Source: Acanthaster planci (lineage: Eukaryota). Taken from it: a stretch of 64,000 nt of DNA. The stretch's first letter is position 1. Every line of letters starts with the position of its first letter. The position numbers were made by a program, and so were the translations under genes. Positions 26,080-39,919 of this stretch are shown piece by piece. The stretch lies in the NCBI RefSeq assembly GCF_001949145.1, contig NW_019091360.1, positions 977,858 through 1,041,857 on the forward strand, given 5' to 3'. The notes under the pieces are model-generated. The model was given only the letters and a program-made list of their open reading frames with translations. It was not told the origin of the DNA and searched no databases.

Positions 26080-26760
26080 TACGAAAGCTCACTATTCCCA
26101 TCAAGTATACATTTTCAAACAGTGGCATATATTTTTCAAAGTTTGTTTTTATGGAACACATTTTCTTTCCAATTTGTGATACTGCTTTGTTTTGAAATTT
26201 GTTTTATATCTATCTTAAATTCGTCTATAAACGAACCTGGAATAATTAATGTATCTCATAAACACATTTTTTTTCACAGCAGCAGTATTTCTGAGCATAA
26301 ATCCTGTGACTTCATTGTTCAGAGAAATTTCCAAGTTCGTTTTTGCAAGATATATTATGTTCGTTTGCTTTTACATGGTCTATTAATAGAAAAATGTATG
26401 GGGGGGACACAAATAGTTTTATGAAACATACTTTGTCAAAGTTCGTTTTTTATGAAACAAACAGGTTTTGTTGGTGTTTGTTCTAATGCAAAAACACACT
26501 GGAATATAAAAATAAACTCGGAAAAATATGTCTCATAAAAATGAAGTTGGAAAAACATATTTTGTAAGAACGATTTGTTTGTGCAGTAGAAATAATGTTT
26601 CTAGAAATAAGTCATAAAAACGAACTGGGAAATATTTATCTTGCAAATGCAAGCTTTAGAAAAAAAATTCTCATAAAATTGAAGTCGGAAAAACGAAATA
26701 TAATAGAAACTTGGAGAAATATGTGTACTTAAATTTATGACACTACTGGGCTTTCGTACA
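26080..26760. mobile_element. Degenerate AT-rich TIR element; partial related copy at ~38740-38890
   Basis: TACGAAAGC ... GCTTTCGTA ends; the CATAAAA..GAAGTTGGAAAAA segment and a GGGCTTTC end recur at 38810-38890. Confidence 0.4.
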
Positions 26761-28758
26761 AGTTCATGGCTACTTGTGCAACATTTGCTTTGGTATAAGG
26801 TTGTTTTATCAGATAACAGAACACAAGGAGTAGATAAGGTAATTTGCTGAATGATACTGATGCAAAGTTGCCGAAAAAAGTCATTCACTTCAGAGGCATG
26901 CCAGAATTAGGCATGAATTTAACTCAACAACTTCCGATCAAAATTGCAGTAAACGGAACAACTAAACTTATTCACTGGAAGCTATTTTAGGTTGTCCTCT
27001 TAAGATTACATTATTATCTTGAGATTATGTTATCTTGTTTTATTCAATGCACTATGTTAACTTGAGTGGTGCCAGACTATTTGGGTTCCAATTCTCACTT
27101 TTATTTTTCAAATGTGGCTTAAAAAGTAAGGTATAATTGATGACGTTTTCAATTATTTATCAGCATAAACTTGTGCTGATTTCATAATTAACTTTTATAC
27201 TTTTATTTCAAACTCTCAGGTTCCCCAACTGAAAAATTAATCTTGATTTCGATTCGGTATTGATTACTGAATTGTAAATATACTCTCTTCAGGTTATGCT
27301 CTGAATATCTGAAGCACTGAAAAACAACTTTGGGTAAGAAGAAATCAAATTTTTGCAGCATTAAAAGGCGGAAGGACAAGTCTGGTTATGCTAGCATCAA
27401 AGATTGGTATTTGCCCTCAAAGTGGAGAACTAATGGAAAATTTATTATCTCTTTTCCCTCAAACATTTTTTTAAAAATTCAAATACACTCACTGAAATGA
27501 GTGATATCTTTCTCAGTAAGAAATTGCCAGAAAAAGATCCCCTCCCCTAGAACTAAACTCTGCTAAACAGAGGCCAGAACACCAAAATTAAAAAACAAAA
27601 TAAAGTAACCTAAACAAATGCTTTGCAGCATAAATCTGAATATTCTGAAGTATGCATATGCCACAAAATACACCTTTAATACTGACGGTTGGCATTAAAA
27701 TGTACAGAGAACCTATTGAAAGTTACATTTCAGCTGCGATGAAACAACACAGGTATCAGCTGCTCTGTACCCAAAACATTAGTGAAAAAGAAACTTCACT
27801 CCCAACTTGCTAGAAAAAGTTTTGTATCTAGCTACAGGTCAGATCAATGGATTGTACTCATTACATTGATTTTTGAGAGAGAAATTTGCATATAGCAACT
27901 CCAGTGATACATTGAGTTTGATTTTTCAAGCAAGGTCTGTTGAAGCGCTCTGAAATAAGCCAGTTGGAGTAAGCTGGATTACAAAGATATCTTCTTATTT
28001 GTTGATTCTGGTTTCAAGTACTGGTATTATGCATCTAGTATTTAGAACTTCTGTTGTCTGTATCTATATATCATCATTTACAATTTCAGTAGCGGCATTA
28101 ACCTGAACACTCCTCAATATCAACATAATTCTCCACATATCCTAAAGGGTTAGGGTTAATGGACTATTTCAGCAAATTCCTGACAAGCATTAACCACAAT
28201 TCAAAGTAACCAAAATCCAACACCAGGTATGAAGTATTTAGCATTTTTGGACTACGTTTCAAATACATTTCTTATAACTGCACCTTTGTTTCCCAGTTAA
28301 CCTTATTCTCATGAATCTTTTCAGTGAATAAATTGCGGGCTCACTATTTGGACAGGAAACTCCCGAAGTAAATTTTTTTTTCTGTAATGACATTACAACA
28401 GTGCTTTAACTTGTCCAAAATGCATGGACAACTTGAAATATTTCAAAGGAGCATTTTTAAACAAACTCTCAAAAGAAGATGTGAGATTGTTTTCTTAAAT
28501 ACAAAAGGATTAGCAAGTTGAACAAAACATGTTTCCTGGCACAATTTGCATGATGGACTCCTTAAATGGGCCTCAATATCCCACTTTCATCACATGCATA
28601 GAGTGTGGGCTGTGATTCTGCTGTGGATCCTGAATGTCTCAGCAGAACGTCTAGGGAATCAGAGTAGATTAAAAACTGACCCGTGTGATTTAGCACGTCA
28701 CACTACCCAAGTAACTTCAGATCAAAGAAGTAATTATCCACCGAGTACTGGATATCAG

Positions 28759-28810
28759 TTAAGTGTGGTGGTAGGCATCATACCACAGCTGTCCAGAATG
28801 CTTCAAGGAA
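28759..28810 (-). CDS. fads: FADS-B coding exon 10 (stop)
   Basis: [16 protein letters not shown]. Confidence 0.93.
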
Positions 28811-31800
28811 CTGCAAAATGAAATACATGAAACTCAGTTAGGTCAAAAGAAAGAATTAAAAAGAAAAGACCTCATCTGAAGTGTTGTGACGCAGAACATT
28901 TCAAAGTGAGGGAGATGAGGTGTTGAAGTCCAGAATATTTCAGGGCAGGAGAGCTAAGGATATGAAATGCAGAATATTTCAAGAGAGAGCAACTTGCCTG
29001 TTGCAGAATATTTCATACCACACTGGTAGTAATTTGTCCTTTTTCGAAACTTCTCGTTTCAAATGTTTTACACTTACCGTACAATATCAGCAAAAGCCTG
29101 ACTCAGGCTCTTAGTCTGATAGCAAATGTTGTGTTTCTCACACAATGCCTTCACATCAGGAGCAATCTTGTGCAAGTTGTGCCTTGGCATTGTGGGGAAA
29201 AGGCTGTGAGGCAGAAAGCATCAATCATTGTTAAGGGGAGAAAAGAGGTGGATGAGAATATCAGTGATGTTGACAAACTTAATGCTTCAAAATCTCTTAT
29301 GAGCAATTTCAGTTATCAATTTTTGTATTTTGTTCAAACAGATGTTAAAAATGAATAATTAAAAAAACAAGTAGTGTCAATTCAGAAGACTAACATAAAC
29401 AGCTTTATCTTGATCGATTTAAATTGACAATACACTTGTTGGCAGTTAATATCCTGATGAAAGTATCTACATCAACAAAAGGGGTAAACATCTTGAAGAA
29501 CTACTGTGACTCCAACTGGTGGCAGAATTGGGTCCTGGCCCCCACTTTCTGCAGGATCTATAATTGAGTGGGGCTCCATGGATTGAGCTTTTAATGACTG
29601 ATCCCTGATGGTTTAACAACTCCCCCCCTCCCACTTTGATAATCTTTCTGCCGCCAGTGGTGACTCCCTTCATCATCTTGTACATTTGGATGTAAGTGAT
29701 ATTAGTTCACACTCACTGGTGCTCAATCTGGAAATTAAGGTGCCCAGTGAACCAGTCATTGAAGAAAGATGACTCCACATCGCAGGTAGCATGTAGCTGA
29801 GCTGGCAACCATTCCTTACGCTGATCGTGATCTATCTCCATGGGGATGTGGTTCATCTGGCTCGTCCACACAAACCAGTTGCTCTCCAGGAACCTACAGA
29901 CAAATTCATTGTTAGCGAATTAGCAATTGCTTGATGTCTGTCTTTGTTTGGTGCGAGGGGTTCGACTGGAGGACTTGTGATGGGTTTTTGTTGTGACAGA
30001 CCCAAGCATGGCACTGATAGCTTAGATTGTGACGTACCCCAGAGGGCCTCCAGGTTTGTGAAGACTCCAACAGCTCTTCCCCAACCACATTCTTTTTAGG
30101 TGATTGGGCAAATTATTTTATGAACTTTCAAACTGGAAACATCCCTATCATTGAAGTTATTAAACATACACTTTCCAGATGATCAGTTTTCTTTCTATTT
30201 GACCTTGTGATTTAAAATACATAAACTTTTTGCAAAAATGACAAATATCAGAAAGACTTTGCAGTGACATGCATTAAAGTTCTAAGATACTGTCAAACCA
30301 GAAATCGTGTTTGTGACTAAAACAAACATGTCCTGTCTAAGTAAGATTCATTTATAACGAGAAAAAAATAAGGCTCCTAAATGCTTGTAAGGCCTCTGTA
30401 AGGCCCCTAACGAGAAAACTTGGGCAAATACAATTTCTTCTGGCTACTCTAAGCCTTTTAATTTACGCTGGCTTAGCACATGCCCCAACTAAGAAGTTTC
30501 AGGAGCAATTGAGCATGAACTTTATTGGGTTGAATACAAAGCAGTGATTCTTTTTCAGTTTGACTAGCAGGTTTATGATGCTGTCAAAACATGCAGGCAC
30601 TGAAAAATGGTCAATTGAAAGATATGTATACTTGATGAGCATGTAGTTTAAGAAGACACCCCAGCCACCAAGAAGAAGACCAAAGAGCAAAGTATGTTTG
30701 ACGAAGAAGACACTCATCCACGCCAGGTCCTGTGTCAAAAAACAAGAGAGGGTAATGACTGTGGGCAGTATTCACAGCAAACTGGACATTAAACAGCTAA
30801 GCTTTGTTGATGTCATATCTTCCATAGTCTGTTACAGACACAAAGATATTTGTAATTATGCCTTACAAATTTTCCCCATTTGAAAATATCCTTTCTTCAA
30901 TCTATATAACACAGCATTTTGCAGCTTTTGAAAACATCCATTTCTTTGTATTTCAGAAATTGTTTGTCTCCATGTTTTTCCATTAAAATAAACATTTTCT
31001 CAGAAAATAAATATCTATTGTTTTAGCAAAATGGTAAAACAGTGGTTTTAAAGTTCGAGCCAGTGAGCAGGAGCTAACAGGGATTTCTCCTGAAAACAAA
31101 TAATTCATCAGAAGAATCCTCAATTCCCTTTCCACAGAGAGGGCAAAGTACTATTTCTAAAATGTTGATGCTTTCATTTCTGTTAAAAAATGGCAAAATG
31201 TCTCAGCTGGGGAACCCCCCCCCCATATGCTACTGCGGAATACAAGTGAGTCTCGCGTTTGAATATCATTAGTTGTGCTATTTTGCCATTTTACCTGACA
31301 TACAGTAACTGAGTTTACCTTCCAGAGCTTTTTCCTGATGACGTGAGCAAAATACTCATAGTGGAAATACAGGGTCATCAGAAGGGGCGGCAAGGCTGTT
31401 GAAATACATTTCAATGTTTTCAAGATTTACGGTTCATGTTCTGAACAGATGAAATTGTACAATCAGCTAGTCAATAGATATCAGCTAATTCCAAATGTAA
31501 TAACTGAAAATGGGTCTAATATTTTATCTGTCACTATTACTCAAACTGTACATTTACAAAGCTCCCAATGATTAATGGGTCCATGCAGTGATTTTTTTTT
31601 ACAATATTTTGGTGCAAATTTCTATTATTCTTAAATTCATGGATAAACTTTGACAATTTTTTGGTCATTTGTATAGCAAAATACACTTTGTAACAATCAA
31701 GCGCTTTCCATGCCCTTCTTGACAACTGGGCACTCCGCTACTGTGATGCACTCCAAGGAAGAAAATGTTCATTACAAGGGGTTCTATCCTCAAACTGTGA

Positions 31801-34800
31801 AGCAAGCTGTGATTGAAAGTCTTTTTTCTGATGACTTTCGTTACAGGAGTACTGTCGAGAAATGAAACACTACACCAAAGAGAAGAACGTCTAAAATATC
31901 AAAACTTCCGACAAATCTGGAAGCTAAAAAACCGTAATATATCCTGGAACGATCACACATTTGGTCGTGAATATGCAATTTGCTTTAGTACAAAAACCGA
32001 AAATTTTCCAAAATAGCTTTTATAATGGCAATCAATTATTGGTAATAGAATTGCATGAGACACAAAGGTTCAGGGTCAAAGATTCAATTTTAAAATTGGA
32101 TTGCCTATTCCCTTCATTGTCTTAGTGCTTTTTGCTTTCCAACCTGCCTTATTCTATATCACTTAGGCTTGTTTTTAACTCTCTGTATGACTTACTAAAG
32201 AAGAAGTAGATCTGTTGGTAGTTGAACGGCAAGACGTATTTCCTTTTCTTACTGCCCCAGGTGACCGGCTGCTTGTCTCCAAGGACGAAGAGGTAAGGCA
32301 TCTTGATATCGGGGTCCTTCCTGATGATGTTGGGCTTGGCGTGATGCTGGTAATGACGATAGTTCCACCAGTGGCAAGATGCACCCTAGCACGTTGTCAA
32401 GAATTTTGTGAGTGGAGAGAATGGTATAAGTGCTGAGGATGTCACTAGGATTTGATTTGGGGGGAGGGGAGGGGTTAGAGTCTTCTGCAGGAGGGCAGCA
32501 CTCATCACTGGCAAACTGATAAAGTATTAATAGTTGAAGGGGTGAATTCTAAGGTATTTTCAAACAGAATTGTGATTATTATCTTCTTTCATTTTTTACT
32601 TTTGTTTCTCTCTCTTTTTTGCCCACAGTGATCGAGTATTCCTTATGATCCGGACACTTGTCTTCTCATCAACCTTTGTGAATTTGACATAAAATTGCAC
32701 ATTCTTGTTACTTCAACAAGATCAGAGTAATGTAGCAGCCAGGCTGTGCACGCCTTCAAGGTAAAACACATCACATGTTTGGGCTGTAATTTTTAGAAAT
32801 GGATGGATTAACAGCTGATTTTGGTCTAACCTGCTTCAAAAGAGTAAAAATAAAGGAGTCATTATTAAGGCCACAATATCAAAACTGTTAAAAACCTATA
32901 CGTTCCATCAAAGCATTCATACGAAAGCAAAGAAAAAATACTGTTTTAAACAATTTTACAACCAATGCACACAGCTAAAGAATGGAGCAAATGATAAAAA
33001 CTAGCCATCCTGTTTTGAGTGCCCAGTTGTCAGAGGTCTGAGGAAACAACCGTTACCTACCTTAAGAGCACCTGTTACAAAGTACTGCAAGAGGTGATTC
33101 CAACGAGATTTGCGAAAGACTGAGAGATGGCCCAAGTCATGAAGAAACCATGAGGACTGGGCCTATATAAAAGGAAAGCAGAACCTCTACAAATGCTGAA
33201 ACTGCAAACTACATTTCACTTTTGTGTATAATGACCTTTGTGAGTTACCCCTCTTAAGTACAATCAAACAGAGAAGGAGCTTGAATCAAAATTGATTATT
33301 TTTATAATTATTTTTATTGTGAGCATTTTAAGATTGCATTGCAGTACATTCCCATCAAATTATAAACTTTATAATTTATAGGTTAATTTAGCAGTTCTTT
33401 CATTTAGAATTGCTGGAACGAAAGTTTAATTTCGTCAAAGAGGGGTCACTTGCCCTAAATGTTAATTCCAATTTCGAAGTAACGCAGATAGATTTCACTT
33501 TCAGAGCATTGTCAGTCCCAATAAAACACACTAACTCGTCCCATTTATTGTCATTTTCGTCTCACTCTGGGAATGGCGTTGAATTGGAAAAGCAAATTTG
33601 CTTTTTGTCATCCATTTTAACGATTTAATCATTCAATTTTGTCATAGAATGTATTGAAGATGGTTTGAATTAGCAGTTATTTGGACGTCATTTTTGTTGT
33701 GATAGACAAAAAATGAATTTTAAATGAAAAAGTGCTACATTAACCAGGAAAACCTATAGTATCCACTCTGACAAGAAGGTAACCCTCAACAGCAAAGAGG
33801 ATGAAATATTATACCTGTACTTACTTTGGTAACAAATTTAAAAAAGACCCTGTTTTAATTCTTCAAAATATTTACTGAAATTATTTAATTTTTGTATAAT
33901 TTAAATTGTTTTTAACGACTTGTGTTATTCATTTTCAATTTGACAACAAAACAAAACCAACTTTTTGACTTTTTTGTTTAAGGGTTTGTAGTTGAAAAAT
34001 GAAAAGCAACAATTTGAAAAACAAGTCTTCTCTCTTTTTCAATTTGAAAATTAAAAACAAGGAAAAAAGGTTTTCATTTTTTGATAACAAGATTTTAGCC
34101 TGCCATGGCTGAGATCAAAATCAGGAACAATTCTTAACAAGGTAAAAGGAAAAGTAACTAACAATCAATTTTCTGATATTTTGAACTAACACAACCACAT
34201 CACCGAACGTATGTCATATTCAAATGGGCAAATGAAAAGTGAATAGTTTTCCTGCTTTCTTTTTGAAATAGACTATTTTTTGGAATTCCCATTTTTGATT
34301 TTTAAATTGAAAAACAAATGGATGAGTGAAGTGTATAGAACCAGAACCTTATTTCATTGAGAACCTCCATCTGGTCATTGTCTGTCATACCTGTTCAACG
34401 GTGAGTAAGACTGTGGCCAGAAGATAGGGCAACCAGCCTACTCCAAAGCACCATAGCACCGCCCATGCTAGCACCTCTGCAGCTAGGATGTGGCCCAAAT
34501 GGGCAGCATAGAACCACATATTGGCTTTGAAGAGGCCCATTGCTTCAGCCTTCACACGGAGAGCCTCCATGTCTGTAACAAGTTTACTCTAAAAGTCAAA
34601 AAATGGGGAAAAAAATAATAAATTTGGGAATTTACAGCTCATGGGATTGGAGCAGTGTGTGATGTTTGACCTGATGAGAGCATCTTCTCAGATATTATTG
34701 CGTTGCATTTTTATTCGTGCCAAGTCTGTGGGTGTTTTTCCAATAATGCAGTGAAATCATTGATACACTGTACCAATTTTATTATATGAAACACACTGTT

Positions 34801-37800
34801 CTTGTGAAATGCCCATTTTTCCCTCAGAGGTTAGCCCAAAATGTTAACTTTTCCCATTGAAGTGCTCAATGCACATGGGTACTGGCGGCAGAAGTGGGGG
34901 GCCCAAGCAGGCCAATGCCCCTATCCCCCATTTTCTGCATGTCCCATAATGAGGTGGGGCTTAATAGATTGGCTTATTAATGGCTGATACCCGAGGGTCT
35001 CACACCTATCCCCCACTTGAAAACTAATCCACAATCATAGGGGGTTGACGTATTCGACTATGAAGACGAAAACCCTATTATACAATGAATTTAAACTTCA
35101 CAAATGTACTCCTAAGGAACGTATTCATATGGATAAAAGATCCAATATCCCCCAGTTGTGAGACAGAATGAAAAAAGTTACTATTTCAGGGCTAGAAAGC
35201 AAGAGGCAGTGGCTAGTCTGACATTCCGGTGGCAAGTTCAACCTTAAAACCCACATCTATTTTGAGGAAAAGGTCGGTCAGCTTCATCTCATCATTGAAC
35301 TTGGTAAACATTAGGCTGTGTTTGACCATTGTTTGAACGTACCATGTTAGCTGGGATATAGGCTTTGATCTTTTTGAATGAGCCACAAAGTTTATTGAAC
35401 TTCAGCCAAACTAATTCACATCTCAAAGTTCAATGGCATTACACTCAAACTCACTTCACTTCACACAAAATAAAGAGTGTGCCATACAGCTGCATGGGTG
35501 TAAACCACTTAATTCGCAGTAGGCGCCGAGGAGAATCCAGGCAATCAAAGCCACAGTGTTAGGCCAGCCTGACATTACAATGGTACAAGTTATAGACAAA
35601 GTTTTCCTTGATCCCTTTCAAAAACAAATGTCAAATAGGAAAAACAGTAATGCATCTCATCATGTGTCCATGGAAGACAAGTATAAGGGATTTAACATGT
35701 CCCAATATTCACAGGATGCATGCTAGGCTAGCTTGTTCCTGCAACCCTTCAACCTCATTCCAAGTCTGAATTGCTTAGGATGGGCTTTTAACATGTTCTC
35801 TTTGAACCAAGTACCCACTTCCCATGCAGTTAGTAGTACTTAGCCCATGTAAAAACCTACAGCCAGACTTGTTTTGTCATTACTGAGTTCCCAGCCTGCA
35901 GACTGCACCACACCACACTGTGAAAAATTTTATTACGCTCTGCGAAAAGTAATAAACCAAAGGAAGGTTTCTGGAGGAAGTCTATGGATGCATACACAAT
36001 GCACATATTTCATTTTTACTGAAAAGTTGCTTGGGGAATTTGTAAGATGACATTTGTGACAAATACAAGCAACAGAAAAAGACATGATGCCTGCAGTTTT
36101 GCTGGGTATTTTGGAGCTAGGTACTTGGCACACTGGTTCAAGACAGGGTGAATGTGAAAGCACAACAAATTGGATGTCAAGAAGTATTTCCAGCGAAGTT
36201 CACTTCACTTAAAATGCATTTGACTTTTGAGAATTCTCTGGGTGAATATTTCATTGGACACCACAAAGTTGCATTCGTGTTGGCATCTACTCTCAGTATG
36301 AAAGCAGCTTTTATTTTTCCTGTTAAGCCTGAATAGATTTGCAATATATTGAGGTTATCTTCCATGATAGAGCATTCTTCCAAGGATGAATCACATACCT
36401 TGGGTGACTTATCTTCCACAGTCCCAATACAAAGAGGCTTCATGTACTTCCTCACCAACTTCTTGTCAGGATGAAAGGCAACAAAGGCCTCCTATCGGAA
36501 CAAAAATCAGATGGTGACAGTAACATTGGTGTATTGTTGCTGCATCATTTGAATGAATCTGTACGAATCCAAAATCCTGAATTTTGGACAGGTCACTGCT
36601 GTAAAGTTTGTTTACTTTGGGTGATTTGTGAAATTTAGTTTATGGCAGCAGGCCAGTGAGTGGAGGTTTCTCACAAATAGTTTTGACTTTCGGAGCAAAT
36701 TTTGGGTTCACAGTGTGAACTGAAGATGCCTAAATGTGGTTCTGGTGTAACAATAATCCAACATTTCAACACATTTTAGAAGCAGAAGTAGCAAAGACTT
36801 AAGTTTCTACTTCAGATGATAATATCCATTTGCTCAAAAAATACAAATTTGCTTTGAAAACAAAAAGGTAAAACATCCTTTAAACTGGCACAACAAAAAT
36901 TACAAATCAGGTTAAATAGTACCGCATAAAGGAGTATTTACCAAAATACATTTAAGAATTCACTGCCTGGACAAAAGTAAAAAATGTAGATGTAACGTTT
37001 TGTTAAAAGTGCTCAATTTCATTCAATTTTTGTTTGATTTCTGAACGAGTTCCTACTGTGAATTTTTCTTGGATACACACTTTCTTCAAAAGTCTGCTTT
37101 TCTTACAGGAAAAAGTATGATATCCCTTTTTGGTAAGACTTAATGAAGAGTGCAATTCTTGAACATTAAAAGTTGTTCCCATCAAAGGGTTTTCTCAGCA
37201 GATAAAAGTTGTACTACTGTGACGCCATTTCTGGAAGACACTGCTCAATGGGGGGGGGCAGTTGAAACTGTTAATTCAAAATCTACTCACTGAAATTTTA
37301 TGACAAAACTAAACTCACATATCTCCTTTCATTTGCTGAAAAACCAACAGTTTACAACAAAAAAGAATAAAGACAACCAGGTCAAGGATGGATCCAGAAC
37401 CCATTTATCAAGGCACCAAATTTTTGGGGGGCAAACATTTCAGAGGATTTTGTATGAAACCTGTTATAGCCTTTCTAGGAACACTTTGAGGCTTGTTACC
37501 AGTACATACTTTGGAAAGGTAGAGACCTGAAAAAGAGTTTAAAAAATCGCCTTTCTTTTTCTTTACTTTTAAATTGTTTTGAACTCCATTTTTGTTTGGG
37601 GGGGGATGACATTATACATCCCCAATCCACCCTTGAGCCAAGTACCCTGAAATTCTAGCGCTTAGTAGCTATAAGATGACATTATAATTTTTGTCATAAA
37701 TATGCAAATTGGCATTAACAGAAATATTAAACTGGCACAAAAACGCCTCTATAAATTGCAAAATAAACTTTGAAAACAAGGTAAAATGGGACACAAAGGT

Positions 37801-38054
37801 GCACTCAAGAGGACTGCATGAGAAGCATGATGTAGAGAGGTGTGAAAACTTACGGTAGCATCTTCCCCTCCATAGTGAGACAGCACCTTGAATCCACCTG
37901 GGTGTTTACTCATCCAGTGAGTAACATCATACACACCATTCTCAATCACCAGCCACTTGTCGTAGCGACCGTTGTGCTTCTTGATTTCATCCCAGGTGTA
38001 GGTGATGTCCTTGCCAACTGGGGACATCACTTGACCTTGCTGACCTTTACCCAT
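28759..38054 (-). CDS. fads: Front-end fatty acyl desaturase B (divergent paralog), 10 coding exons, 437 aa
   Basis: Exons 38054-37854, 36491-36399, 34588-34391, 33162-33061, 32385-32196, 31395-31319, 30729-30632, 29893-29717, 29203-29078, 28810-28759 total 1314 nt, GT-AG and in frame. Motifs HPGG, HDLGH, HYQHH, QIEHH. Confidence 0.95.
29078..29203 (-). CDS. fads: FADS-B coding exon 9
   Basis: [42 protein letters not shown]. Confidence 0.95.
29717..29893 (-). CDS. fads: FADS-B coding exon 8 (His box 3)
   Basis: [18 protein letters not shown]...[10 protein letters not shown]. Confidence 0.95.
30632..30729 (-). CDS. fads: FADS-B coding exon 7
   Basis: [33 protein letters not shown]. Confidence 0.9.
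31319..31395 (-). CDS. fads: FADS-B coding exon 6
   Basis: [25 protein letters not shown]. Confidence 0.92.
32196..32385 (-). CDS. fads: FADS-B coding exon 5 (His box 2)
   Basis: [26 protein letters not shown]...YFFF, 190 nt. Confidence 0.95.
33061..33162 (-). CDS. fads: FADS-B coding exon 4 (His box 1)
   Basis: [34 protein letters not shown]. Confidence 0.95.
34391..34588 (-). CDS. fads: FADS-B coding exon 3
   Basis: [11 protein letters not shown]...[10 protein letters not shown]...LLTVEQ. Confidence 0.93.
36399..36491 (-). CDS. fads: FADS-B coding exon 2
   Basis: [31 protein letters not shown]. Confidence 0.93.
37854..38054 (-). CDS. fads: FADS-B coding exon 1
   Basis: MGKGQQ...[18 protein letters not shown]. 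Confidence 0.95.
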
Positions 38055-39675
38055 GATTCCCTGTGAGGTATATGAGTATAGCTGGTTTGTCAAGAATAAC
38101 TTGATTGATAACATTTAATATCAGAATTGAAGATTCAAGAGTGTTTTTTATCAAATTTGTTTTGACATGACATAATCTTTCTATTTTCTAAATTAATAGA
38201 AAATAGATATATATAAGATATAAGATATAGATAATATAAGATATATATTTTCAAGTTTGGTTTTATATCTAGTGATAATTTAGGGCTGTGCCAAATATCC
38301 AATTAACCAAATATTTGATCGATTGTCGAATATACTAATTTTATTTTTAAAATTTGAATATTCAAATGCAAAATCCATGAAAAGGAAGGGAAAAATTTCT
38401 TTTGTTTTAAATGAGACCGTTTGCACTATGGAGGCTCTTAATTAAATCTTGCTAAATTGTGGCTGGAGATACTCCTAGATGTGAGAAGCTGTTATATTTA
38501 TCATAATGTACAATTGTGTGCGTTATTGCAACTGATTTGTATATGGTTTGTTCCTCAACAATCTGCCGGTCAGTACAACCGAATAGTCAGATATTCGATC
38601 ATATTGAAGGTCAAATATTTGAATAGTGAATTATTCGAATTGACTCAACCCATAAAAATCAACTTAAAAAAATAACCCCTTGAAATGATTTGTTTCCAAA
38701 AATAGAAACAATGTTTCTAAAAACTGATCCCGTAAGAACAAACTAGAGAATATGTCTTAAACAAAGAAACTTTGGAAAATTTTTTCTCATAATAATTAAG
38801 TTGACAAAAATATACTTCATAAAACGAAGTTGGAAAAAATACACATCACATCTTGAAAATATATACTTGATGGCACCACAGGGCTTTCAAACAAAACATT
38901 TTTGAAATGGAAACTATGGGGGTCATTTGAAATCCCCAGCTTTGCCAATGCAAAACCTGTTTTGCTTTTTTTTTTTAGTTTGGCGCTTTAGTTTTTTACC
39001 TCTTTGTTACTTTATTATTTATTATTTTTATGGTGTGTTATAGTAATTTGTGTCTTTTGACCAAGTTTCTCGGTCCTTAGGCCGGTCTGCAGCGCCTGCA
39101 CTTTTGAAGTTTTATTTTTCCTTACTAGTTACAGTACCAAATTTTTGAATACCAGGTATCACTAAATAAAATGCCAGACACGAAGAAGTGACAAAAAAGT
39201 GTCTATCGACGGCACAATATTTTTCGGGGGGGGTGTACAATTCCATTTTATAAACATCTATTAATTATAAGTGTACTTAGTAAAGCGATTAAAAAATTAA
39301 TGAAATGATTCGCTTGACTTGACTGAAAACCACTTAAATTAAAAAAAAATTAACCACTTGTTGCCGGAGAACCCCGTTTCGAGCACCATGGGTTTCGATT
39401 ACGGCATCAAAAGAGCTCTACGGGGTTAGCCTCAACGAAATGTGGGAAAGAGTTCCATAAACGGCCACAGCTTGACACCCTTTGCACAAATTTAAGTGTT
39501 TTCTAAGTAAACGACTGTTTTTTTCCCTTCCAAATTGAATTTTTATGAACCGTGTTTTGCTTTCTGACGGTTAAGACAGGTCACTGCGGGGAATAATAAT
39601 TACTGACGTCCGTAGCCTATATGGAACTTTTCCCGAAATGTGCATAACGATAAAGAAAAAAAATTCAAATCTTAC

Positions 39676-39800
39676 GTCTGCAGCTCAGCGTTTGAAGAAA
39701 TGTAGGCCTACTGACGAGCTGGTCCAAACTTATTGTGTACACACTTGTAATTTATCGGGATTACTACTATGGTCGCACTCGGCAATGTGTACATCTGTAA
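39676..39800 (-). other. fads: Probable non-coding first exon of FADS-B (5' boundary approximate)
   Basis: GTAAGA donor at 39675-39670; coding exon 1 has a CAG acceptor only 6 nt upstream of the ATG; SRE-like motifs directly upstream. Confidence 0.5.
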
Positions 39801-39846
39801 TATTATTAGCGATTCAGCACGGCAATCAGCACGCGACTCGCTCGGC

Positions 39847-39919
39847 CACGTGGGACACTTCACTACAGACCACCAAATATCACGCCACGTCTCATCACCT
39901 GACTCGTGACAACCCCAAT
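39847..39919. promoter_or_regulatory. Putative FADS-B promoter module: E-box, paired SRE-like sites and CCAAT box
   Basis: CACGTG 39847-39852; ATCACGCCAC 39879-39888; ATCACCTGAC 39894-39903; CCAAT 39915-39919; CpG-rich context. Confidence 0.65.

Noticed and set aside
28759..38054. FADS-B as a pseudogene because of unusual residues
   Set aside because: All 10 exons are in frame with GT-AG sites, no premature stop, and all His boxes and HPGG intact.
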